From positions 62,001 through 93,044 of the IMG/VR virus record IMGVR_UViG_3300020727_000009: a DNA stretch of 31,044 nucleotides; one strand, given 5' to 3'. The DNA comes from an uncultured virus (IMG/VR IMGVR_UViG_3300020727_000009). Taxonomy: Duplodnaviria; Heunggongvirae; Uroviricota; Caudoviricetes. Of the stretch, positions 17,849 through 25,341 are shown piece by piece. The notes beneath the pieces are model-generated. The model saw only the letters and a list, made by a program, of their open reading frames with translations. It was not told where the DNA came from and searched no databases. The position numbers and the translations under genes are program-made. Each line of letters starts with the position of its first letter. The stretch's first letter is position 1.

Positions 17849-19237
17849 TTAGACCGTCATTGAATTGGCTGTTGCGACCCATGCTTTTAAACGATCAGAT
17901 TGTGTTTGTGTTGATTCTGACTCATCGTTCTTGATCTCCGGTGCAATACCGAAGTCAGATTGGATGTTGTACTGATGTGTCTGGAAGACCAGACGCACAG
18001 ACGCTTGCTCGTCAGAGCCGAAGTGAGCGATAAAGTTCTCAACTGCGAAGTCATAACCAAGCTTGGTTACAAAGTCACTGAACTCGATCAGCATGTTAGT
18101 AGATATTGGAGTATCGTACTGACCCTTAGCTGCTTCAGTACGAAGAGACTTGACTAGTGTACGAAGAGCCTTGCTACTAACAAGCTTCTCCTCGACAGCA
18201 TCGTCGTAATCCCACAGCAACTGAATATCAAAGCGGTTACGCATTGCATAGTTTAGAGGTGTTGTACCTACGTAGTCAGGATTCATAGTCGCAAAGATCG
18301 TAAGATCAGGATGCGCTGTGATTGTCTCGCCCATATGGTCGAGCAGAGTGATAGTACGACGACCATCGGTTAGTGGATAGAGTGTGGTGTAGATTTTAGG
18401 ACTGATGAAGTTCATCTCGTCCAGTAGTAGAACACCACCGTTACGGACAACGTCAGTTACTGGACCGTCAATCCAGCCATAACTACCATTGCCGTCAGGA
18501 ATGAAGCCACCGAACAACTGGCGTGACTCCATAGATGCATTGCCAGATACTGTAGCCATACGCAAGCCACGATCAGCGGCCCACGCTTCTACAGCTGTTG
18601 TCTTACCAGGGCCGGTTGGGCCGTAGATAAGCACGTTGATACCATCAGCACGAGCGGTATCAAAGATAGCAAAGTCTTCAACGTTGTAGACCTTGCGATG
18701 CACATAGCGTTGTGCTAGATGCAATGGTGGAACTGTGGCCAACGACACATTGAATGCAGGAGCGGCTTGTTGGGCCGGAGCATCGAGTGTTTGTGTTGGC
18801 ACGGGAACGACTAGCGGGCTAGTTGTTGCTCGGTTATCTATCACGTATTCCTCCAGTTGGTCATCTCCTACCTCGATTTGAGAGTAGAAGCTTGTTACGA
18901 TATCCATTACATCGGATTTAACTTCTGCAATGGACTTGTTATGTGCGCCTACTGCCTTGGTAGTTAGGACTGGAGAATAGCCCTTGCTATCAATGGCACG
19001 CACATCAGCAGATGTTACGTACACACCTACCGGACGACGAGTTGTTTGCTCGTTATCTTTAACCTCACTTGTTAGTGTGTCTAGGGTTGTTGGCTCCCAC
19101 TTATTGTGAGTGCCCTTAGTACCATCAGTCACACGAGAGTAGAGATTGATGCCGTCCTTGTATGGGACCACCAATATCTGACGACGGTGGTTGCCCATAG
19201 TAGGCTCGTACGATTCAACGAACATTGAGATGTCCAT
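17849..19237 (-). CDS. MoxR-family (CbbQ/NirQ/NorQ/CobS-like) AAA+ ATPase
   Basis: Walker A GPTGPGKT, W.DGP, Walker B LLLDE, ATMNP.Y.GT..LN.A..NRF. Confidence 0.9.
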   Translation of the reverse strand: MDISMFVESYEPTMGNHRRQILVVPYKDGINLYSRVTDGTKGTHNKWEPTTLDTLTSEVKDNEQTTRRPVGVYVTSADVRAIDSKGYSPVLTTKAVGAHNKSIAEVKSDVMDIVTSFYSQIEVGDDQLEEYVIDNRATTSPLVVPVPTQTLDAPAQQAAPAFNVSLATVPPLHLAQRYVHRKVYNVEDFAIFDTARADGINVLIYGPTGPGKTTAVEAWAADRGLRMATVSGNASMESRQLFGGFIPDGNGSYGWIDGPVTDVVRNGGVLLLDEMNFISPKIYTTLYPLTDGRRTITLLDHMGETITAHPDLTIFATMNPDYVGTTPLNYAMRNRFDIQLLWDYDDAVEEKLVSSKALRTLVKSLRTEAAKGQYDTPISTNMLIEFSDFVTKLGYDFAVENFIAHFGSDEQASVRLVFQTHQYNIQSDFGIAPEIKNDESESTQTQSDRLKAWVATANSMTV

Positions 19238-19477
19238 TTATTCCCCTTCTTCTTGCCAGGACGAGTTTAGTCGTTCCTCTAGTATCGTAGCAAGAGCGAA
19301 TGCCGCTTGCCTTTCCCTTGGCCACTCAGTAATGAGTTGGTAAAGGAATCCTTTATCTTCTGCTTTATCTATTACTTTAGATACTTGCAGACATGCGAAG
19401 TCAATGAACTTTTCCATCTCTTCAGGTGGAATCTGATTCATATCTCCGTAGTCTTCATCGCCACATTCGTGACACAT
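19238..19477 (-). CDS. hypothetical protein
   Basis: AAGGAG RBS; N-terminal CHEC. Confidence 0.65.
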   Translation of the reverse strand: MCHECGDEDYGDMNQIPPEEMEKFIDFACLQVSKVIDKAEDKGFLYQLITEWPRERQAAFALATILEERLNSSWQEEGE

Positions 19478-19489
19478 ATGCTCTCCTTA

Positions 19490-19650
19490 GTAAGGGGTTG
19501 TTGGTTGGCTTACCTCCAATGCGTGACAGTGACTAATTGCATGCCGCTCAGAGCCTGTCAAATTACCAACGTGCGTAATTTTCATCTCGATTATTGCGGG
19601 AGCGAACAGTCTATTTTGCGGTGGGTTTAGCCAACCAACAACGGTGTTAC
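19490..19650 (-). ncRNA. candidate structured RNA element closed by a perfect 14-bp inverted repeat
   Basis: GTTGTTGGTTGGCT (19497-19510) / AGCCAACCAACAAC (19629-19642), with internal hairpins. Confidence 0.45.
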
Positions 19651-19962
19651 TTATTCGATAAGATCATCAACCTTATCGGCATAGCTGTCTCCCTCGCCAC
19701 CATCTCCGCCATACATCAGCTCGCTGATGATGCCTTTGCGGTAACGATTGAGCACTATACGTGGGCGGCTATTCTTGAGTTGAGTAGCTGCAGAACAACC
19801 CAGATGGTCGGCATGGAAATACTGATTTGCACGATATCTAAGGTTGTAGATTTGTGTGAATGCTTGAGTCTTACCGATACCATGACCGCAACTATCACAA
19901 CGTATATAGTCTTGGGCGGGCATTTGGTCTGACCAAGGATTAACTGGTCCATTTATTGCCAT
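19651..19962 (-). CDS. hypothetical protein with CxxC...H..C motif
   Basis: AGAAAGGG RBS; CDSC...FH...GC. Confidence 0.6.
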   Translation of the reverse strand: MAINGPVNPWSDQMPAQDYIRCDSCGHGIGKTQAFTQIYNLRYRANQYFHADHLGCSAATQLKNSRPRIVLNRYRKGIISELMYGGDGGEGDSYADKVDDLIE

Positions 19963-20004
19963 TGAACGGTTCCCTTTCTCAGGCTGTTGGTTTGTTTGTG
20001 TTGG

Positions 20005-20469
20005 CTACGCATTAGCAAGCAGCTGGGCTGCCTGTGTTGTGCTAGCACGTAGTAACTCTTTGAAGGTGTCAGAGCTGACGCCTACTGATAGTGACTCTGC
20101 AATGCTCTTGAGCAGAGGACTATTTGTTGATGGATCATTGCGGAGAATAATCTCTCCGGCCAGTTCCGTATCACCTGCAACATAGGACAGAGCGGCTGCA
20201 TACTCGCTAAAGATACGCAGGTTGTCTGTATTGTTTTTATATGACCTAACACCTGCAAGCATTAGTTGCAATGCATACACAGGTGATTCAATCAAGCGAT
20301 TGAGGATTGCATCTCGATAACTGCTGTTGTTACTCGTGTAATTTAGAAAATTACCCGGTAACTGCATGCTGTTGAGAGCAATTACGTGGTCTAGCATATT
20401 CCCAGCAACAGAATGGTCTATCATTCCGTTGATTGGTTCTGCCATGTCATACGCTACTCGATTGGACAT
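20005..20469 (-). CDS. DUF4192-like helical protein (distant paralogue of 14651-15106)
   Basis: YRDAIL, AALSY..GD..LA, P....LL......G pattern. Confidence 0.5.
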   Translation of the reverse strand: MSNRVAYDMAEPINGMIDHSVAGNMLDHVIALNSMQLPGNFLNYTSNNSSYRDAILNRLIESPVYALQLMLAGVRSYKNNTDNLRIFSEYAAALSYVAGDTELAGEIILRNDPSTNSPLLKSIAESLSVGVSSDTFKELLRASTTQAAQLLANA

Positions 20470-21202
20470 GATTGGCTAGTATCCTTTCTAGTTCGGTTAG
20501 TGGTTTCTTTACTATCTTTTTATCCTTTACCCTAAGCGGGGAACCATCCCAGGGTAAAGAAATCTGTTTGTTGCCATAGTCACGCTTGCCTGAACCCTTA
20601 CAGTAATAACACTCTTGGCTTCGTGGTAGTGTGTGGCCTTTCATTTGTCCGTGGGTGCACGCCATAAGGTGAAACCTGTGCCACGATCCATGTGGTGATT
20701 GGGCATCAGGATGTTCGGGGCATGCATACACAGAATCTCCATTAGGTGTGTCATAGAAGTCGCCATCAAAACAAGTAGATGGACTACACCAACTATCTAC
20801 TTTACCTGTTTGTTTACACAGGCGACAACCCTGTATTTTGGATGGGGTACGCCCTGCGTTTTCATCTATAACTTTTATTTGATAGTTACGTTGAAAGACG
20901 TTTACGCCTGTGTACTTCCACATGCGATAGCGAACACCCTGTGACTTCAGTATGTTAAAGCTTCCGCCCCAATAAGTATTGATAACACCACCTTGTAGGG
21001 TGAATGAATCATCACTATGAACAATAATGAACGGGTAATTACCGGCCCAATTAGCCTTGATGTGTAGGTCACCACCGGGAAGCTGAAACTTGTTTGCTTT
21101 CTCGATGGTCATGCCATACTCATAAAGTGGGCGTATATATTTCTTACGCCCGCCCTCTAGATAATCACACCAGTATTGGTATGAACGTAATTTATAACTC
21201 AT
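20447..21202 (-). CDS. Cys-rich protein with DnaJ-like CxxCxGxG zinc-finger motifs
   Basis: CRLCKQTG and CYYCKGSG plus additional Cys/His. Confidence 0.65.
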   Translation of the reverse strand: MSYKLRSYQYWCDYLEGGRKKYIRPLYEYGMTIEKANKFQLPGGDLHIKANWAGNYPFIIVHSDDSFTLQGGVINTYWGGSFNILKSQGVRYRMWKYTGVNVFQRNYQIKVIDENAGRTPSKIQGCRLCKQTGKVDSWCSPSTCFDGDFYDTPNGDSVYACPEHPDAQSPHGSWHRFHLMACTHGQMKGHTLPRSQECYYCKGSGKRDYGNKQISLPWDGSPLRVKDKKIVKKPLTELERILANHVQSSSV

Positions 21203-21510
21203 GGTGCCTCCACTGTTTCAAACAACCCTACAGGAATAGGATCTGTGATGTCAACATATTGAATTTCGATGAGTTGTTCACGCTGGCGCTCGGATGTTTG
21301 TGTTGGTTCCTCATCGAACCACACGGATGTGAGGGGAAGCACAGTTGAATCAGGCTTGAGTAACTTGAGGGCAAACCCCAAGCCATCCATAAGCCCGCTG
21401 TGATATGCACGACTATGCTGATGGTCATCCCAATGCAGGTCATCGTGCTCCTCGAGTATCTGTTGCTCAAGTGTGGCAACAATGTGCTTGCGCTTTATCT
21501 TCTTGCTCAC
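21199..21510 (-). CDS. hypothetical protein
   Basis: GTGA and ATGA overlaps; Y..G..DGL..AL motif. Confidence 0.6.
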   Translation of the reverse strand: MSKKIKRKHIVATLEQQILEEHDDLHWDDHQHSRAYHSGLMDGLGFALKLLKPDSTVLPLTSVWFDEEPTQTSERQREQLIEIQYVDITDPIPVGLFETVEAP

Positions 21511-21779
21511 ACTAGTGCCTTAGCAAATACTGAATAGACCGGTGCCTTGTACACCTTGCCGGTCTTCCAGTGAGGGATTGACTCGTGGTTTGCACGACCA
21601 CCGGCAGCCTTCCAAGCTTCACGCTTGGCATTGCTTGCAGCTGTACGACCATTCACGTGTGTGAAGTTGGTCTTCTCTGGCTGTGCTGGTCCTGGGTTTT
21701 TCTTGCGGGCTTTGCCGTTCTGGCGTTCGCCTGCTGTGTTTGCTTTAGGAGCTGGTGCTCCGCCTTTACCTTTTGCCAT
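21507..21779 (-). CDS. small basic protein
   Basis: Lys/Ala/Gly-rich; AAAGGGG RBS. Confidence 0.65.
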   Translation of the reverse strand: MAKGKGGAPAPKANTAGERQNGKARKKNPGPAQPEKTNFTHVNGRTAASNAKREAWKAAGGRANHESIPHWKTGKVYKAPVYSVFAKALV

Positions 21780-21800
21780 TTTATAGGCCCCTTTCGGAGG

Positions 21801-22019
21801 TTAGTTGATTGTCTCTACACTGCTGTGTAAAGTTGTGGTGCCATCCTCATCCCATAAGAATGAGGCTTCCTTGTAGGTGAGTCCCTTGTGGGCAACTGCA
21901 TCTACAATGAATTCTAATCGTTTGGCCGATTCAAGTAGGGAATCATCAATGAATACGACGTTGCCTCGGCTTGCGGCTTCGGCTTTTATCTGTGAGAGGG
22001 TTGTTTGTGTTGGTTGCAT
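21801..22019 (-). CDS. hypothetical protein
   Basis: TAATG overlap. Confidence 0.6.
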   Translation of the reverse strand: MQPTQTTLSQIKAEAASRGNVVFIDDSLLESAKRLEFIVDAVAHKGLTYKEASFLWDEDGTTTLHSSVETIN

Positions 22020-22285
22020 TATTTATGCCAATCTACTAGATAGGTTGTGCCCCACTTATCGTAGGGAATGTTGATGATGGCCCAAATCTTCCACCATCTA
22101 TATCCTGCTCGTGATAGTTCAGTGCCGTTGTAATAGGCAAAGTCTTCATGATCTAATGCTCGCTCTATCGCAAAACTTGATAGATGATTGCAAGCATTGG
22201 CAAACCACCTGAGTGGCAAGATGTTGGTCTTGTGCTCTGGTGTGGCTGAATACTCAAACTTACCGTGCAAGTCTTCCGGTTCCAT
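22019..22285 (-). CDS. hypothetical protein
   Basis: AGAAAGGAGG RBS. Confidence 0.7.
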   Translation of the reverse strand: MEPEDLHGKFEYSATPEHKTNILPLRWFANACNHLSSFAIERALDHEDFAYYNGTELSRAGYRWWKIWAIINIPYDKWGTTYLVDWHK

Positions 22286-22307
22286 AGTTCCTCCTTTCTA
22301 TTAGTAA

Positions 22308-22335
22308 TGAGCAGTTTATAGAGATGCTCAGCTCT
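22308..22335 (-). other. H-type pseudoknot motif, copy 2
   Basis: AGAG-C-TGAGCA-T-CTCT-ATAAAC-TGCTCA. Confidence 0.6.
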
Positions 22336-22382
22336 TGGCGAAGGAGGTTTTCTGACTACAAGTCATCCCGCACTCCGTGCCG

Positions 22383-22455
22383 TGCCCTCAGCCAGAATCG
22401 AACTGGCAACACTCACCTTAGGACGATGATGTTCTATCCATTGAACTATGAGGGC
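22383..22455 (-). tRNA. tRNA-Arg (anticodon CCU), no encoded CCA
   Basis: acceptor GCCCTCA/TGAGGGC, D arm GTTC/GAAC, anticodon arm TCATC-GTCCTAA-GGTGA, T arm GCCAG-TTCGATT-CTGGC. Confidence 0.9.
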
Positions 22456-22456
22456 G

Positions 22457-22487
22457 TAAGCAGTTTAGCCTTGTCATGCTTAGGACA
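22457..22487 (-). other. H-type pseudoknot motif, copy 1 (1 nt upstream of the tRNA)
   Basis: TGTC-C-TAAGCA-T-GACA-AGGCTAAAC-TGCTTA. Confidence 0.6.
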
Positions 22488-22539
22488 GGAGTTCTTTTAC
22501 CTCAGGAAGAACTTTAGAAACCAACCGGCGTTACCCGTA

Positions 22540-22809
22540 TTAAGGTACTTCGATATCTAACTGGTCAATCAAAGTATCCATAGACATATTGCAATCGGCT
22601 ACAAGGTATGCATACGATGCAATGTTGTGGTCAACAATAGGCCTAATCTCTAAGCCTGCAATTGACAGTGCGTCACGAATCTCACCCGGGTCAATGTCAT
22701 AACCCGCTGTGTTTAGTTCACCACCCAAGCGAGTGGTGTATTCGATTTGGTCTTCAATACGTTGTTTTATTTCAACGTATTTAGGATCAAGTGCAGTTGT
22801 GGACATCAT
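22540..22809 (-). CDS. hypothetical protein
   Basis: ATG 22809 after AAGGGG preferred over 22866. Confidence 0.65.
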   Translation of the reverse strand: MMSTTALDPKYVEIKQRIEDQIEYTTRLGGELNTAGYDIDPGEIRDALSIAGLEIRPIVDHNIASYAYLVADCNMSMDTLIDQLDIEVP

Positions 22810-22816
22810 TGCCCCC

Positions 22817-23269
22817 TTACTTGATGTACTTGAAAAGGTCGTTCTTGATTGAGACCTTGATCTCATCCTCTTCAGCAGCCTTTAATGCAGCGATGTTAGC
22901 CTCTAGTTCAGCAATAGGGCTAACATTTGTGCGGAACTCGGGACGATCCCAAGTAGGACGTGAGTCCTGCGTTGGATAGTCACCAATTGCATCAAACAGC
23001 GCCTTATCTGCTTCGAGGGTAAACCTAACTGTCTCTCCGTGATAATTGCTGTTATGGTATACAGATGTATCCTCATTTACCAATGAGGCTGCATTTTTCT
23101 TAACCCAAGCACGGGCTTTTTTCTCCCACGCTTGACGTCTAGCCTTGAGAGTTGCATCTTGCTTCTCCCAGTCGGCTATCTCTTTTTGCATCTCGTTAAC
23201 CCCAGCCTCTAGTTTCTTTAAGATAACTGAGCGCTTAAACGTTAACGCGGTGGTTGTTGTACTAGCCAT
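22817..23269 (-). CDS. coiled-coil hypothetical protein
   Basis: ATG 23269 after AAAGGAGG. Confidence 0.7.
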   Translation of the reverse strand: MASTTTTALTFKRSVILKKLEAGVNEMQKEIADWEKQDATLKARRQAWEKKARAWVKKNAASLVNEDTSVYHNSNYHGETVRFTLEADKALFDAIGDYPTQDSRPTWDRPEFRTNVSPIAELEANIAALKAAEEDEIKVSIKNDLFKYIK

Positions 23270-23310
23270 TGCTGGCCCTCCTTTGTTGTGTGGTTGTTTA
23301 TGTTGGTGCA

Positions 23311-23605
23311 TACACGGTTTATACTCTCCGTGCGTTGTGAGTTCATTTGCATACTATGCCGCAGTACTCGATAGCAGCACAATGCCGTGTAAGCCCACGA
23401 AGTCTTACGAGGACAAGGGGATCGGCCCGTTGGGTTCAGCCTTAGTAGAGATAGCCGGAACTATTTCGTTCGGAGCCTTAGCTCAACGCCTACCACGCTC
23501 TTTCTTTTGTGCGGATGTGTATGACCCTGGATTACCTATGTAATCCGAAGCCAGCACAGCACAGAGATTTTCATCGGGTGTGCTGTGGAGGCATCGCATT
23601 ACACA
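23311..23605 (-). ncRNA. candidate ~300-nt structured noncoding RNA or leader
   Basis: no minus-strand ORF of note in an otherwise densely packed block; multiple hairpins and a long-range closing helix. Confidence 0.45.
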
Positions 23606-23650
23606 GAGAAACAGGCGGGGGAGCGTACCCTCACACGCTCAACCCCGCCT
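23605..23650 (-). terminator. GC-rich hairpin with weak U tail (terminator-like or processing site)
   Basis: minus strand AGGCGGGG-TT-GAGCGT...ACGCTC-CCCCGCCT-GTTTCTCT. Confidence 0.5.
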
Positions 23651-23662
23651 CCTCACATAAGA

Positions 23663-23806
23663 CTAGTATTCGATGGAGAAGTAGAAGCATCCAATATCAA
23701 TGCCTGCGAATAACTCGTTGATATAGATACTGATAGCAAACTGCTTGCTTATACCAACAGATATCCAGAACTTATTAAACTGCCAGGTCTTGTCTCTAGC
23801 CTTCAT
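23663..23806 (-). CDS. small aromatic/hydrophobic protein (47 aa, not in ORF track)
   Basis: AAGGAGG RBS; MKARDKTWQFNKFWISVG... Confidence 0.6.
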   Translation of the reverse strand: MKARDKTWQFNKFWISVGISKQFAISIYINELFAGIDIGCFYFSIEY

Positions 23807-24044
23807 TGTCCCCTCCTTCCAGTAGGTCTATGTCCACAACGGGTGTTGTGGTACGAATTGTGCGTACGCCTGCAAGTGACCACTCTATGGTCATAGGTTG
23901 GCCAATGAATGGGTGTTTAATGTTGATATATGGTGTCCACTCTAAATCCCTAACTAGGCCAGGGCCTTTGTCTGGGATACGGCGAAATGTGTGGTTGTTT
24001 GTGTTGACCTCATATGTACTATTCTTAGTTATTACTTGGTACAT
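23796..24044 (-). CDS. hypothetical phage protein
   Basis: AAGGAG RBS; T.NS.YE...RR and TTPV motifs. Confidence 0.7.
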   Translation of the reverse strand: MYQVITKNSTYEVNTNNHTFRRIPDKGPGLVRDLEWTPYINIKHPFIGQPMTIEWSLAGVRTIRTTTPVVDIDLLEGGDNEG

Positions 24045-24165
24045 GCCAGTCTCCTTGAGTGATGGCTTGCTGAGTCTTGAGTATATGTACCTCTAGCTGA
24101 AGCCTTGCCAGTACAGCATTCAAGGCATCGTATTTAATCTGTAGAGTAGCTAGGCGTTGCTCCAT
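24025..24165 (-). CDS. small coiled-coil protein (46 aa, not in ORF track)
   Basis: MEQRLATLQIKYDALNAVLARLQLEV; fills the gap after whiB. Confidence 0.5.
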   Translation of the reverse strand: MEQRLATLQIKYDALNAVLARLQLEVHILKTQQAITQGDWHVPSNN

Positions 24166-24175
24166 CTCTTTGCTC

Positions 24176-24520
24176 TTACGCACTTGCTTTACCTCTCATC
24201 TCTCGTTGGTGTTGTAGAACCTTATCTAGGCTCCAATTAGGAGTTCCCCAAGCGGTAACTCCTCTATCTTCTGGGCTAGTACCGCCTTGGATAGCGTGTC
24301 TATCATCTCTGGCGACAACATCCTCAAGGCACCGCATTTTGACAGGGCAATCCGCACAGATTGCTTTTGCACGGTCTGCGTATGCCCTCCGCTCTGAACC
24401 TCGGATAAGGAATGGGTAATAGAATAATTCAGTATCCATCCCGTTGCACTTGGCATCATCTTGCCAAGATAAATCTTCCCACTCTGGGAATGTATGTATG
24501 ACTGTGCTAACACTTGTCAT
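24176..24520 (-). CDS. whiB: WhiB-family Fe-S transcription factor
   Basis: W...A.C...D.ELFY, AKAIC..CPV...CL, IQGGT (variant of GVWGG); ATG 24520 after AAGGAG. Confidence 0.9.
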   Translation of the reverse strand: MTSVSTVIHTFPEWEDLSWQDDAKCNGMDTELFYYPFLIRGSERRAYADRAKAICADCPVKMRCLEDVVARDDRHAIQGGTSPEDRGVTAWGTPNWSLDKVLQHQREMRGKASA

Positions 24521-24630
24521 TCTCCTTCCTCTCTGAAGTCCCAATCTTCTTGGTCAATCTTGTACTGACGCTCGATCAGGATAGCAGCGAACGACAGTAC
24601 GATCAACAGTACGATAACTAATCCAAACAT
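24517..24630 (-). CDS. small membrane protein (37 aa, not in ORF track)
   Basis: AGAAAGGA RBS; MFGLVIVLLIVLSFAAILI; ATGA overlap with whiB. Confidence 0.6.
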   Translation of the reverse strand: MFGLVIVLLIVLSFAAILIERQYKIDQEDWDFREEGE

Positions 24631-24826
24631 AGTGCTTCCTTTCTGTAGAGGGTAAGAGACACACAGGAATACCTTTACGCCAGCACGTGGCGACCTGTGT
24701 ATCTCTCAAAGACTACAGCCTGGAAAAATGGGCGGGGAATGTTTATGTTGGGAGCACTAGCAAGCGGTGTGCCATACATAGATAGTGTCACGCTCAATAT
24801 CTGTATCACGTGGATCAATAGCCATC

Positions 24827-24979
24827 TTACAAGTACCAATACAGATATCTACGCAATTCGTTACGCATCCGGCATCGGGTACAGAACATAGTGCCGGTGT
24901 TGCCATCCAACTCAATGAAGTTGTGTCCTTGGTAATCCTCCATACATTCGTATGGTTCAATCCAGTTCTCTGTGCTCAT
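24827..24979 (-). CDS. small zinc-binding protein (50 aa, not in ORF track)
   Basis: ATGA overlap; C....GH.F...FCTRC. Confidence 0.55.
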   Translation of the reverse strand: MSTENWIEPYECMEDYQGHNFIELDGNTGTMFCTRCRMRNELRRYLYWYL

Positions 24980-25182
24980 CGTCCGGAACTCCTTCCATTG
25001 AGTAAGTCAGGGCTATTTGCCGTGACTATGCCAAAGCCTTGCTTAGGCATAAGGACAAGGTTGTAATTGGATCTAATCTGGTGGTTGGCTTGCGCACTAC
25101 CACAGGGTGGACAGGTGTCCTTACCTATCGCCCATCTCTCAGGGTCAACAGGTGTACCGCACTCAGTGCAGTCCATAGTCAT
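24976..25182 (-). CDS. small C4 zinc-finger protein (DksA/TraR-type spacing)
   Basis: CTECG..V..ER...G...CPPC; AGAAAGGA RBS. Confidence 0.65.
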   Translation of the reverse strand: MTMDCTECGTPVDPERWAIGKDTCPPCGSAQANHQIRSNYNLVLMPKQGFGIVTANSPDLLNGRSSGR

Positions 25183-25218
25183 ATCCTTTCTGAAAAAATC
25201 GGCGGGGACTTTCCCAAC

Positions 25219-25320
25219 CTACTTATTCCTTGTGAACCAGGCATAGAGGAAGAAAGAGGTACTACCCAACCACAAGATAGTGATAGGTAGACCTGATTGC
25301 ATAGGGTCTAAAAGGCTCAT
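25219..25320 (-). CDS. small membrane peptide (33 aa, not in ORF track)
   Basis: AGAAAGGAG RBS; single hydrophobic helix. Confidence 0.5.
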   Translation of the reverse strand: MSLLDPMQSGLPITILWLGSTSFFLYAWFTRNK

Positions 25321-25341
25321 AGTTTGCTCCTTTCTAGAGCG

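Larger units (their letters stand above)
13149..24751. repeat. dispersed oriented 12-bp motif YCAACAYAAACA (12 copies)
   Basis: + strand TGTTTGTGTTGR at 14330, 15739, 17021, 17903, 18788, 19993, 21295, 22002, 23996; TGTTTATGTTGG at 23295, 24740; inverted CCAACACAAACA at 13149. Confidence 0.9.

Noticed and set aside
22336..22382. HDV-like (theta) ribozyme at the tRNA 3' end
   Set aside because: Only small hairpins are visible (GCAC/GTGC, TGACT/AGTCA); I could not build the nested double pseudoknot.
22324..22560. ORF-track + strand ORF over the tRNA
   Set aside because: It is antisense to the tRNA-Arg and the structured elements, so it is likely spurious.
23145..23721. + strand ORFs 23145-23543 and 23509-23721
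   Set aside because: They are opposite to the block polarity, have no RBS and no recognisable motifs.
13149..24751. Dispersed repeat as a CRISPR array or a coding repeat
   Set aside because: The repeat is only 12 bp, is spaced by about 1 kb of genes, has no cas genes nearby, and occurs in different frames and in intergenic DNA.
24757..24960. ORF-track gene 24757-24960 (-)
   Set aside because: It has a TTG start without an RBS; the alternative frame 24827-24979 has ATGA coupling and a zinc-ligand pattern.
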